Shown piece after piece: positions 38,609 to 52,279 of a DNA stretch of 64,000 nt. The first letter of the stretch is position 1, and every line of letters starts with the position of its first letter. The notes under the pieces are model-generated. The model saw only the letters and a list, made by a program, of their open reading frames with translations, had not been told where the DNA came from and ran no database searches. Source of the DNA: Octopus sinensis (taxonomy: Eukaryota); the NCBI RefSeq assembly GCF_006345805.1, contig NC_043000.1, forward strand, positions 55,304,001 to 55,368,000, read 5' to 3'. Both the position numbers and the translations under genes were made by a program.

Positions 38609-41600
38609 GTAAGAAAACTGTAGGTTTACGAATTGATCTTCAAAATATATGCGTATACACATACCGACACACACGCACATATACAAACTGGACCCAGGTC
38701 TATATGGTGGGGAAGCAAGCTTATTACCATACACTAATGACATATCGTAGCTTCATTTTATTTACATTTACCTTTATTTAGTGACCGATTTCAGTGTGAC
38801 ATACTTCGTTGATGGTGAGTTTGTTTACATTAGTGTAAAGAATTCGTTCTCCATCGACATAGAACAGTATCTGCCCTCTAATTCAGAACTCAAACAACCA
38901 GTACTCAGAAAATAGAAGAAAGTGTGTTGTTATGTATAATCAAGAGTCTTTGCTCACTTGTGTTAAGTAATACTCATTAAAAATGTTTCAAATCTCTCTA
39001 GAATGCATAGATGTGTTTTCAAACTACATTTATTCTAATGTATTGCATTCAGAGTACCTTTACTTTAGTATATTGATAAAGCTTGTTCTTTACTTAAATT
39101 ATGTTTTTTATTTCTATTTCTTTCATTTCAGCTCTATTGAAAATATTAATAACATTATTGATGTATAGAGATAGTTTTCATGAGTTTTATAAGGTGCTAT
39201 CGTAATTTTTAAAGGTTATCCTCAGATATCCAGAAAATTCAGTTATCCGGCAAACCTCCTGGAGCTTATTTCATAAACGTATTTAGAAACATTCTTTTAC
39301 ACCCACTACCTTCCTACTTTAACAAATGTGTTTATTGAAAGAGTCGTTGAAAGTTACGTAAAAATGTTTTCGTATTGGTCTCGTCTCATTAATTATAACA
39401 GATATGCATTGCAGATAAGGATAATATTTCTCAATTAGTAATAAATTTTAATTAGAAAATATGCCATCATCCGAAAACTGCCGTCATTAGAGAACTTGTT
39501 AATTCAATTATTTGGGCAACGGTTTTTGAGACATATTTTATCTGTTATCAAGCCTAGTTATCACTGAAATTAATTAAACCAAATTAAAATGTTTCTCGTG
39601 TAAGATTTTACATCATTTATCACTTCTTTCGTTAGCATTTGTCTAGCAATTTTGATTTTGGCATATATTTTGTAAAATTTATACTATCGTCTTGAAGATA
39701 CTGCATAGACATTCTTTTATCCTTTGATCAAATATAACATAGTGACTTAATATAAATTATCTTACGTGGATTGCTTTTATTTTATAAAGAGCAAATTTTT
39801 GCTTTTCTGTTTCCTCTATATGTTTTTAACATATAGTGTATTGAGAGGTTTGATAAAGTTTATATTTTTGTACATCTATATCTTGCGCATTAGCATAGTG
39901 CCAAGATTATGGAGGCTACACATAAAACACTAGTACTGCGTATACATTTTTTAAAATCCTTTGCATATTAAATATATTGCCCTCATATTTTCATTTTTCT
40001 GAAATGATGACACAAAACGACTATATTTATGGAAACCGAGAAAAGAAATGATTTTTATGTTACAATGAAAGTCAAGGCTTATGTTCTGGAGTAGAAAGTA
40101 CTTCGATTGTCATTTGATATGAGTTATTTCTATTTCAACTAGAATCAGTGACACGAATAAAGAGTTACAATTTTGAATGTTCATATCTCTTCAAACTGTA
40201 TGAACTGAAATGCTCACAACCTCAACTCAGAATCTAGTATCAGATGCAGCTCATTGGAAACTGACACCTCGTATTAAACGTTATCGGCTAGAACGTAATT
40301 AATATTGTATAAAATCTTTGGTGTCGGTCGATATAAACGTGAGGAATTGTAAATTAGGTCGATTTTTACAAAATACACAGACATTTTAAAAATTTCTAAC
40401 TTCGTTTACCTCAAACAATCTAGATGTGCATATTCTAAAATAATATATACAGGACAAAGACAATAAAATGGACATTTCAAATCTAAATTATTTTAACTGC
40501 ACGTAGTCATACATAAAAAATAATGATATCTCTTATCCTTGGAATCTATGCCTTATTCTCAAGGGTTTACGACCAATCAAATGTCTGGTACTTTGTACTA
40601 CATGTCTAGAGAGACCTGAGGATTTGATATAAAACCGTCTTGCGCATGAGCAATAAAATCTGAAAGACATTTCGAGATATTTGTATTTTAATTTGACTGA
40701 TTCTAAAAGTGATGGAGATAGCTTAATAATCCTAATGTAGAGAATGAAATCTTATCTTAAATACAATGCCATGGTTTGCATTTAGAATATATTGCAATCA
40801 AAGAACAGATAAAATTTGGCTAACGTTAAAATAGTATAGGTAGCGCAAAGTTGTATTAAAATATTTATATTGAGGATCAGAGAATTATATTTCTGGTTGA
40901 CTGAACGTAGGAACTTGACTTCATACTCAATTCTAAGTAAATGTGACTAATAAAAACTATATAATTCTATCGTTGTAAATATAGATTATACATGTACAAA
41001 TGAGGCAGTTGTGAGCAGGGATTGTACCACACGTTAGTAGTATGCTATATACACATATTAAGGGAAAAGCCTTTTAGATTAACTTTAAGCTTTAACAGAA
41101 TACAGCATATGTTACAAGTAACGACCTACTGAGATTCTGTGATATACGTGATAATACTCATAAGCACAGCTACTTGGAAATCACTATGCATAATACCTAC
41201 ATGAAATCAGTACAAATCTCTCTCCATGCTATAAGTGATGAATTGGATGAGTGACTTGAATGTCGGATTAAATGCATTGCAGCATTTATTCTGGCACAAA
41301 GGTCAACTTTGCCTGTCAACGTTCTGGAATCGATAAATAAAGTTCTTGTCGAGAATAGAGAACAAAGAGAGACGCCTTACGTTATATGTTTCGTCCCATT
41401 GGCTCTAAGTTCAAATCTCGCCGTGGACTATATTCATGACAGACTTAATATCTCACCCAGTTCAACACCATTGTCTAGCACTAGATACTTTTAACGGAAT
41501 CGGCACTAGTGCAGGAGGCATTTGCACAGTCTCATTATTCAGGATTCCTTCTAATTCTCTTATCCTCCCTACACGTTAAATTATAAATACATGGGAAGTA

Positions 41601-42974
41601 TTGATCCAATTATCTATAAACAAACGAAGAATAATAGATGCACCTTCTGCTTGCATTGATGAAGTTTACTTTGTAATGATACCTATTTAGATTTAGCAAT
41701 TCGTGTACGTTGAAGAGGAATTACTGATAACATGGCACACAATGCCAAACAAATGTAGGTGATAAATCAACAAGATATATTAATGCGATCAAATATCAAT
41801 AAACTTATTTAAACCACATTATACCGAATGTTTAATTGGAATAATATTTTGCTAGCCATTCAATATTGTTAGTTCAAATGTTAATAATCGAAGATAAAGA
41901 AGTTAATTAATATAAATTCACCATCATATTTTACAAACTGCTCTATGATCTGACAAGAAATTTCCTTGCTAAAAATATCAACCATATATCATAGATGGAA
42001 AACATTGAGTGATGTAATCCTTTGACATTAGATGTAGTTAATTAGGGTCTACTGGACGGCAAAAAAATATTCATTCAAAGAATGCTGGTAGTTAGATATA
42101 TGGTCATTTAGCATAAAACACCAAGGTATTAAATGCATGTTGCGTCCTTATTTAGTTGAGGCAACTACGTTTCCGCTTCCATTTGGAATCATTCTAATTA
42201 TTTTAAGATATAGGGTTTTTCAGGAAAGCAATGGATATCATGTATACAAATTCGCTTGTTTTGGATACATTGATATCGCCTAAATGATTGAGTGTATTCT
42301 GTTATATTGATTTTTATGACATCGACTCCCGGAGGAGAACTGGCGGAGGGAGAAAGAACAGCCGACAATTGTAGAGTTTGAATTCTAAATCCCGAACAAT
42401 GTAACAGAATACGGTATATATTTAGTGAGTGCCTACTTACACAACGGTCTTCAAATTGGATATTCGCAAATATTAAATAAAGTAACATTCCTATTTGAAT
42501 ACCATTACATTCATTCATAACTGATGTGATAACTCAACGGTAAATATCTCCTATCAAAAATGTTGAAGAATCCAGAATGTAATTCTACAAATTACATTTG
42601 CTATTTTTAAAGTCGTAATTCTTCAAAGAAATCGAAGCAAATTACATATTGCTTTTTCAGCTATCTGGCGTCGATAGCTGAAAACCGACACAGAAATTTA
42701 CAATTTCTTGATTACAGTTGGAATAGAAACATGAGTCAATTATTGCTATTAAGTAACATAAGAAATATAGCTGACAGCAATAATATTGCATCATTAGTGG
42801 ATGATTTTTCGATTGCATCTCCATTGCATAGCATCTCACAATCTTTCTATCTAAATATCTACATAAGTATCCAAATATTACATCTTTCAAAACTTTGGGA
42901 AAGATCAACAGTCAGATATGAAATAAAGTTTGTTTCTTAATCCTTTTAAGAAGATAAAATAATAACAGAATATT

Positions 42975-42981
42975 TATATAC

Positions 42982-43059
<78 letters not shown>

Positions 43060-43155
43060 ACATGTATATATGAATATATATATATATTATATATATATAT
43101 ATATAATATATACATATCTATATATGTGTATATATATGTATATATATATGTACAC
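42975..43155. repeat. (TA)n microsatellite
   Basis: Direct reading. Confidence 0.9.
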
Positions 43156-43764
43156 ATATATACCTACACTTACATACATTATTATGAATATTTATATTCT
43201 TACGTGCATATGTACGTATGCTTAGCGTTATATGTTTGCAGATGTGTATGTGTGTATGAGTTTGTGTAATATTTTGTGTACACATATTTGCGTTTTCAGA
43301 AATTAGATAATTATCATATGTAGTTCTTTTGTCTTCAGAAAATGTTTTATTTTTCCGTGATTTCGAAGTTTGCCCTTGGGAGCTGACAAACATAATCACG
43401 CGTATGTTGTTTGTGTTCGCAAACAAACTGATTGATAAAAATATTTGTTAACGGTAAAGCTACATATGTTTATGGAAAAAAGTAGACATATATTAAATGA
43501 ACTTTTACAAAAGAAGTTTTAAAATGTCTTAATGTCTATACTTTATATCTCATAATATCACGGCTTTATTTTCCCTACTATGTGTTTATGGTAACTATTG
43601 ACAGAGGTGGCAGTTTTAACAGAACATTATCTTAGAAGAAATTACTCCAAGCAATGAGTTTGAGAGTCAAGACATATAAGCCATAGCCATGTAACCAATA
43701 AAATATATTTTGTTTTAGCACGAAAGCATAATCGAATTCCCGGTTATGTATTAAATATGTTTAT

Positions 43765-43860
43765 ACGAGGTGCGTTCAAAAAATATCTAACTTTATTTCT
43801 TGCCGCCAAAACTAATACCGAAACTAATCTTGAACAGTTAGAGATAGCAAACACATTATT
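43765..43860 (+). mobile_element. Mariner-like terminal fragment (TIR only)
   Basis: TA-CGAGGTGCGTTCAAAAAATATC resembles mariner TIRs. No partner TIR or ORF was found. Confidence 0.45.
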
Positions 43861-45305
43861 TTGAAATCATATTCCAATGGTTTAAAAGAAAATGGAATGC
43901 CACATTGGAGCCTGCACTCCTATTATACCGCGGGTTGATGTCGAATAGCGATGAAACACCAATTAAAGCTGACTTATTCTTTAATGCATTAAAACTGAAT
44001 TGAAAAAGGTTTTACCTAAAGGGATGGGATGCAATAAGTATCAAGAAGCATTGTCGTGAAAGAATATGTTTTCATAGCTTAACGCTAATTACAAATAAAT
44101 TAGGAAAAGTTAAGGGAAACGTGGAACGTATATTGGAGCAAAAAGTAACATGAGCTATAATATTAGATTAATCTTGAAAACAAAGCCAATGCAATAGCGT
44201 ATAGATATATGCACATATACATTATCATATAAGAATACGTGCATTGAACAACCGCTTTAACTGTACATGCACATGTAAAAATACAAGTATGTGTGTTAAT
44301 GTGCGTGTATGTGTGTTTTTATATGAATATGTGTAAATATATATACACATTATATATAAAGACAGAATATGAATATATGCATTGAAAAGAACTTATATGT
44401 GCATATACATACATACATACATACATACATATACATATATACATATATATATCATACATATAAGTCTTTATGTGTATGTGTGTTTGTAAATGTATGGTGT
44501 GTGTGTGTGTATGGTGTGTGTGTGTTTGTGTCTGTGTGAAACATGTTATAAGCATGGAAAGATAACCTTTGATTATGAAGGAACAAGTGATCGGCGTTTT
44601 GCCTACTAAAAGCTAAAAGTGATGGCTACATTGTTATAAAACAATGCTGAATGTTTTTCATTACAATAATGTATACTTATTGATCTTCATTTCTCCTTTG
44701 ACTACAGCAGTATTTCAAGCTCAAAAATTACAAGATAATGGATATTATAAAATTTAATTAAAGTGTTAGCCCAACTATATATTTGATTGTTTTGTCAGCT
44801 ACTTTCTAAAGGAAAGTATAAAAAAACATATTTTGGACATAGAAACTGGAATACGAACCGAAATGCACCAATAGTTTCAAAATCAATATTTGATACTCGC
44901 TCAGAAAAATCACCCAAGCTCATATTAGAAACAAGTTCTTAATATTTGCAATAATAGATTTATCCGAATCTCAATTCAACTCTCTTAAAAATAGGCGTTA
45001 AAATCCACTACAATATATTATTTCCTTAATATGTGTTAATTTGTGAGCATAGAGTGATTTGTTACAAGCTTCCAATGTTTAAATCGGAGAAATTTCGTCA
45101 TATATCTGGCAGTGTGAAACGGGAATGCAGCTAAAATAATTCCGAACAAAGTTATTAAGAGGTGTCATTCTTAACACGTGTTGTTATAGGAATCTTTTAT
45201 ATAATTTGCCCTTATATAGTTACGAATGATAGACATAAACAGGCGTACATAGATTCATACACACATCACTATATATATGTATATATATATAGATAGTGCT
45301 CTCTC

Positions 45306-45340
<35 letters not shown>

Positions 45341-45382
45341 GTATCTCTATCTCTCTATGTTGTATAATATATATACATATGT

Positions 45383-45427
<45 letters not shown>

Positions 45428-45445
45428 TATATAGCACTATATATA

Positions 45446-45608
45446 GCGCAGGAGTGGCTGTGTGGTAAGTAGCTTGCTAACCAACCACATGGTTCCGGGT
45501 TCAGTCCCACTGGGTGGCATCTGTCTTCTGCAAGTGTCTTCTGCTATAGCCCCTGGCCGACCAATGTCTTGTGAGTGGATTGGTAGACGGAAACTGAAAG
45601 AACCTGTC

Positions 45609-45668
<60 letters not shown>

Positions 45669-45909
45669 GTATGTGTCTGTGTGTCTGTGTGTCTGTGTGT
45701 CTGTGTGTCTGTGTTTGTCCCCCTAGCATTGCTTGACAACCGATGCTAGTGTGTTTACGTCCCCGTCACCTAGCGGTTTGGCAAAAGAGACCGATATAAT
45801 AAGTACTGGGCTTACAAAGAATAAGTCCCGGGGTCGATTTGCTCGACTAAAGGCGGTGCCCCAGCATGGCCGCAGTCAAATGACTGAAACAAGTAAAAGA
45901 GTAAAAGAG
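45446..45909 (+). mobile_element. SINE family A, full-length tRNA-derived SINE with internal microsatellite
   Basis: A-box-like TGGCTGTGTGGTAAG, B box GGGTTCAGTCCC, CORE-like GCAAGTGTCTT, internal (TA)n/(GTCTGTGT)n, tail GAAACAAGTAAAAGAGTAAAAGAG. Confidence 0.92.
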
Positions 45910-45929
45910 TATATATATATATATATATA

Positions 45930-46306
45930 CTAGCAGTATCGCCCGGCGTTGCTCGGGTTTGTAAGGGAAATAACTATAAAGCATTTTTAGAGAGTTATAG
46001 CCAAAAAATAACAAAAAAATGGAAAAAAATGATGGTAAATTTTTTTTTAGTTAAAAAAGGTGGAGTTGCGTCCCCTAGACAGTTTGCGGTTTGTGTTTCT
46101 GATTCTCGACCCCATGTCGAATTTATCGATTTTTTTCAGAACTGGGGAACTTTTCAAAATTTTCGCTGCGTTAGTTTTGAATTATGACATTGGGCTATGT
46201 GTGTGTCAAGTTTCATCAGAATCGGTTGAAAGCCGTGGTCAGGGTGAGGGTACAAGCAAACAGACACACAGAAACACGCACAGACAAACTGCCGTTTATA
46301 TAGAGA
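45930..46306 (-). mobile_element. Non-autonomous Helitron (about 377 bp)
   Basis: Minus strand starts TCTCTATATAAAC. The 3' about 68 bp, including the hairpin and CTAG, are nearly identical to the 31689 element. Confidence 0.8.
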
Positions 46307-47409
46307 ATATATATATATATATGTATATGTATATGTATAAATATGTATATATATTATAAAACATAGAGAAATAGAGATACGTTAAATACGACGTGTCACT
46401 GTATAAATTTTTAAACTTATCTTTACCTCCAAAGAATGTACGACAATTACCAAATGACAATTGAGACTAGCTCCAAATGAGGACCAGAGAAATATCAATA
46501 CATAGCAATTTCTCCAAGGTTGGCATGTCATTACTGAAGAGCACAGGCTTCTTGTGGACAGATAAGAGGATCTTTATTTAAAAAATTGCTCGGAGAATTA
46601 CTCACACAGACACAACACATACATGCACAGACATACAAACGTATACGTAGTATGGTTAGTAGTAATACGAAACCAATGCGCATGACAGTATTATACACAG
46701 CTGAGCACAGAAAGCTAACTTGGAGTATGTTTTGGAAAAATATACTACATTGATCTATGCAAACTGTGACTTATTCTGAGAAGGGTATGCAAGAAATTTA
46801 TGTTAGCTATTATTGAATGTTGTCCCTGGAGTGACACTGATTTTGCATCATTCGCACATTTTCTAACGGCATACAAATCACCACTTATTAACAACGCTTG
46901 ACGGCATAACGATGTAGCAATTTTCTTTATTTATACGCTATTACTGCAATGCAACAGGTTCACTCTGTTGCTTTCAATTTCTCTTTTAAGTGTAAGAAAT
47001 GTTAACACAAAAGGGTAAACAAAAGAAAGCCCGTGCCCAGTTTCCCACAGGTTGGTTATGATGGGGAGGGGATACCAATGGAAGTGAATCAAACATACAT
47101 GTTTCCAAATCACGTCTCATTAAATATGCAGCACTGTGACCTTGTCTGACGTGACACATTCCTGATTGAGTGTTGAGAGTGTCCTGAGAGTGCCTATAGA
47201 AAGGACTTGGAGAATATGATGGTCTTAGGGAATCATCTGAAGCTGTTTTGTAGCCAAATTTACCAGGCTAGATTGCAATCAACGTATATTTCAAATAGTT
47301 GTCTCTTATTGTTTATGTTCAACATCTTCAGCCTCCCTCTGATCACATAATCAATCCGGTGATGGTAGGGATTTTAGAATATATTTTCTAGTATATAAAT
47401 TTTCTTTAG

Positions 47410-47482
47410 TATATATTTTTAAACACGGTCAATTTGGGGACGTATTAAATGTGCGAAACATCCCTCTCATCAAGAACATAAC
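47410..47482 (+). CDS. Candidate exon E (phase 1 to 2; (V)YIFKHGQFGDVLNVRNIPLIKNI(T))
   Basis: Strong acceptor aattttctttag, donor AC|GTAAGT, 73 nt. The start phase matches exon D's donor. Confidence 0.6.
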
Positions 47483-47739
47483 GTAAGTAATATGTACATC
47501 AAGATATTTAAATGCATTAGGGATGTAAGACCATCGATAATATTTGTCATATAACAGGATTGAATCGGAAAACTATACATTTGTAGAGAGTTGACACAGT
47601 AATGTAAATTTGCCTTCGAATACTATTTGTATTTATTAAAGCCCGGCAGAGTAAGGTTTTATATGAATATCAATAATATACTAAGTAGCTGCTAGAATTA
47701 ACAGCACATCTCTCCACAATCACGCTCTATTGTTTTTAC

Positions 47740-47832
47740 CGGATAGAAGACAATAGATAACAGAGCTAGGAAAATAAGATGATCATCAATGTAGCCACTT
47801 TCATCATTGATTTTCTCAAACAGATTTAATAT
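47740..47832 (-). CDS. Possible antisense exon (phase 0 to 0; ILNLFEKINDESGYIDDHLIFLALLSIVFYP)
   Basis: Acceptor ttgtatttttttaaacag, donor CCG|GTAAAA, 93 nt, with the other frames closed. Not linked to a firm gene model. Confidence 0.3.
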
Positions 47833-48552
47833 CTGTTTAAAAAAATACAAAAATATTTTCTTATTTGGTCGATCAGTTCTTGAAAGATGGCAAACAAATT
47901 GAAATTCAATAGGAAATAGAAGCAAAAACAAAATAAAGAAACAAAATACTGCGAGTCAGTGAACCATTTTGCTCCTTTAATGTCCGTCTGTTTCTAAAAT
48001 TATATATCAATTCATACAATCTAATATAGAATGCTATTATTATAAGTAACACAAAAATTTATGACAGTAGCATCTGTTGATGTTCTTAAACAGAAAGTTA
48101 TGAAGGTAACAAATGAAAGAACGTTGAAATCAAACTATCCCTTCTTATCTCTCCAGCGTAAAGAGCTGCCCATAAAAAGGACAGCGTAGTTCATCTGTAG
48201 AACTATTTAGAGATCAATGCTGGGCAACAAATCAGAGAATGAAGTGCATTTTAATTTACTCCAGTGTTATCTTATTAAAGTGCGAAATTTGGCAACTCAT
48301 TTACACGTGTTGTGTTGTAAGATTATAAGGTTCAATATACATATATATCTTCTGTCATTCATCATTTATTTATTAAATTGAATACTGGCCTGAAATATCT
48401 AAACATCTAAATTTATCTTTTAATTAAGAAGCTGCATGTACCGACGCAGAGACATAACCATTCACACATATATGAATTTACATTTAGACACACACACAAA
48501 TATATATATCTGAATCTATGAGTATATCTATCTCTCAATATACGTATATATA

Positions 48553-48585
<33 letters not shown>

Positions 48586-48600
48586 GATAGATAGATCTAG

Positions 48601-48692
<92 letters not shown>

Positions 48693-48941
48693 CTGTATCT
48701 GTACATAGTTATGTGTTGCTGCGTTTATAGATATAACATACTTCTATGTATATGTAGGATTTTATACAGAAGTGTGCACAGAATCAGTCACGATCACAGA
48801 AGCAAATATATATTCTTGTGTGTGTATGTGCGTGTGTGCGTGTGTGACTGTGATTGTGTGGGTGTATGTTTGTATGTATATATAAGTGTGGGGTGTATGA
48901 ATTTATATATACGTGGGTGTGGTTATGTATACTTATAAACA

Positions 48942-48979
<38 letters not shown>

Positions 48980-49052
48980 GCACTCACACACACGCTCGCA
49001 CCACACACATATCACATACATATTCATGCTAAGTAAATATTATTGATTTGTG

Positions 49053-49099
<47 letters not shown>

Positions 49100-49327
49100 A
49101 GCACACACAAATATATGTGCCTCGACTGCATTGTATTGTATCTATCTGCTTGTGTGAAAATATCATACAAAAACTTACATGAATATCCCTAAGCCAGCAA
49201 GCAAATAATTAATTTCCCTAATGTCAATAGAGTAATAACAATAAATGAATTATCGGAAGGGAAACATAAAATATAGAATACAGACCTTTGTCTCTTAATA
49301 ATTATCGATAAATATAGATAGTGCTAA

Positions 49328-49560
<233 letters not shown>

Positions 49561-50090
49561 TATACCCACACTCACACATAATTATTCAATACTTTGCTGC
49601 TGGTATTGTCTATATTTTCTTCACTTCACACTACTACTAACGTATACCTATTGCATATATATATTAATATATTTATGAACACGTTACTGTCTTGATATAT
49701 GGATGTGGGTATGACTGTGAGACTGAATATCTATGAACTTAGAACTTCCATTAGTCATAATTATAATTTTGTTTTTCTTTTCTAATACCCTGTTGCAGCA
49801 AACTTCTCTAATAATTTGTTGCAGTGAACATAATCGCTCTAACATCGTTCGAATCTTTCCTATTTTTTACTATCTTTTCTGCCTGTATTTATTTATATAA
49901 TCCATGTAGGTTTTCTGTCTGGAAACTCATCGTTTCCACAATATACATCTATTCCGTTTTTCTAATTTTTTCATATATGATGCCGCCCTACATATGGTCA
50001 TTTTATATGCCATTTATGGTATTGTTTATGGGCCGTTATGTCACTTTTGAATCTAAACTGCGTTTGCTGTTTTTTCCTCCTGGCGCAATA

Positions 50091-50445
50091 TGGAAGCACT
50101 CCGTCGGTTACGACGATGAGGGTTCCGGTTGATCCGAATCAACGGAACAGCCTGCTCGTGAAATTAACGTGTACCCTTAACGTAGTTCTCGGGGATATTC
50201 AGCGTGACACAGAGAGTGACAAGGCCGGCGCTTTGAAATACAGGTACAACAGAAACAGGAAGTAAGAGTGAGAGAAAGTTGTGGTGAAAGAGTACAGCAA
50301 GGATCACCACCATCCCCTGCCGGAGCCTCGTGGAGCTTTAGGTGTTTTCGCTCAATAAACACTCACAACGCCCGGTCTGGGAATCGAAACCGCGATCCTA
50401 TGACCGCGAGTCCGCTGCCCTAACCACTGGGCCATTGCGCCTCCA
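50091..50445 (-). mobile_element. Young tRNA-derived SINE (355 bp) with a perfect 14-bp TSD
   Basis: TSD CTCCTGGCGCAATA at 50077-50090 and 50446-50459. Head TGGCCCAGTGGTTAG (A box) and GGTTTCGATTCC (B box). Confidence 0.92.
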
Positions 50446-50718
50446 CTCCTGGCGCAATACTTTGATAAATTTCCCGTGAATTTGCTGCCTTTTATACAAA
50501 AAAAGGCTGTCTTAAATATTTTATTCACTCTACGAATTATTATAGTATTACTAAATAAAGCAGAGGATAATTTACCAGTAATATACGGTATGCTTTGGTT
50601 GGAGCCCAAACCAATCAAGGTCTGACCAGCAATTTATTCGAGAAAATAGAGAGAAAGAGAGTGATAGACAGATTGAAGGGAAAGAAAGAAGGATGTTCAT
50701 GAGTTTTGCATAAGACTG

Positions 50719-51025
50719 TGGAGTCGCGTGTCTTAGTGTTTAGGGAATTCGGCTCATTCAGCTCACGATCATAAGGTCGCGACTTCGATTCCCGGCGGCG
50801 AGTTGTATCCTTGAGCAAGAGACTTTATTTTACGTTGTTTCAATTCACTCAGCTGGCAAATATGAGTAGGACCTGTATTTCAAAGGGCCGGCCTTGTAAC
50901 ACTCTCTGTCACTTTGAATCTCCTGAGAATTACGTTATGGATACGTGTGTCTATGGAATGCTCAGGTTAATTTTACGAGCAGGCTGTTCCGTTGATCGGG
51001 TCAACTGGAACTCTCGTCGTCATAA
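50719..51025 (+). mobile_element. tRNA-derived CORE-type SINE sharing its 3' tail with the 50091 element
   Basis: B box ACTTCGATTCCC, CORE-like GTATCCTTGAGCAAGAGACTTT, tail ACCTGTATTTCAAAG..GAGCAGGCTGTTCCGTTGAT. Confidence 0.85.
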
Positions 51026-51671
51026 GCAATTAGTATAAGACTGATTTATATCAAGCTCAAAAGAAGAAAGATAAAATTGACGCTGGCGAGGTAGGGAGCA
51101 AAGAGCATATCAGATTACAAGAAAGCAGTTCATCCAAGCAACCCTTTTGAATATGCTACATAATCTATCGGTTGACTTTTGTCAAACCGCTAGAGTAGAA
51201 GTACTTAAACAAACTAACGATGGATGTTATGCAGAAGACACGTCAGAAAATAAACACGAAGAGAAAAAAACACATGGACATACAAACACCCATATTCAGC
51301 CACACTCACTTAGACATAAAACATACTCAGATACACATACATAGGTAGGTGAAAATACGAAAGAAATTAGCACTTATCACGTGCAGTTAGAGTCGTGAGA
51401 GACAGTTTATTGTCTCCTCAACCACATAGAAAATATATGAAAAATAACTTGGTGACATTCTACAAAGCAGAAGTAGAATACACGTAAGTTGAACCAAATA
51501 ACGCAGGCCCCCAATATTCTCACTTAGAAATCATCCTTAAAACCTTCTTATATTAACTTCGTGTATCTAAAATTTGTGGTCCTTCTCTGCTCATACGTAA
51601 TTTGAGCAATGAACTGGTATTATACATATTTTCGCACTCATACACATACACATGCATATATATATATATAT

Positions 51672-52075
51672 ACCTTTTAGTGAGCACATTGAGAAATGCG
51701 CAAAGCAACTACTACCACAATTTTTAATCTTTCCATTTTACCAATGTGCTATCGGAACACTCACACAAATTAGACTAAACAAGGAAACATTCTTCATTGA
51801 AAAGTACAAGCCCAGACTTAACCATTCCAACATACTTATACAGAGAAGTTCACTCCAAAGGAAAGGCAAACTATTTTAAACGATTATTTCCCTTACACCG
51901 GAAGAAATCACTTATTACCTCCCCTTATCTAGAACTCTACTCAACATAAACATAACGATAACTCGTCTCAACGTAAACATAACGATGTAAGAAATTTGAA
52001 AAGCTGAACGCGAAACCGGTCATTTCTTCTAAACTATGTCATTGTAAGGAAAAAAATTTATAACATTCTTCAGAC
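51672..52075 (+). mobile_element. Penelope-like element 3' end (GIY-YIG endonuclease C-terminus plus 3' region)
   Basis: Reads FSEHIEKCAKQLLPQFLIFPFYQC..RLNKETFFIEKYKPRLN, followed by a 3' region containing a hammerhead. Confidence 0.8.
51989..52028 (+). ncRNA. Minimal type I hammerhead ribozyme, U3-A8 core variant
   Basis: Stem I AAGAAAT/ATTTCTT (7 bp), core UUGAAAA, stem II GC-UGAAC-GC, GAAA, palindromic stem III ACCGGU, cleavage triplet GUC (C52021). Confidence 0.7.
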
Positions 52076-52227
52076 ATATTGACTCAAATATATATTTTCT
52101 AACCTTTTAAAACAAGCCTTCTGTAGTTTTTTCACTTTTTACTATTTTCTCTCTCTCTATATATATATACATATATATAGATATGTAGATAGATAGACGG
52201 ACAGATAGATAGAAAGATACATACATC

Positions 52228-52279
<52 letters not shown>

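Noticed and set aside
42198-42518. 106-aa minus-strand ORF with a locally GC-rich core
   Set aside because: No recognisable motif, and several conflicting weak splice options.
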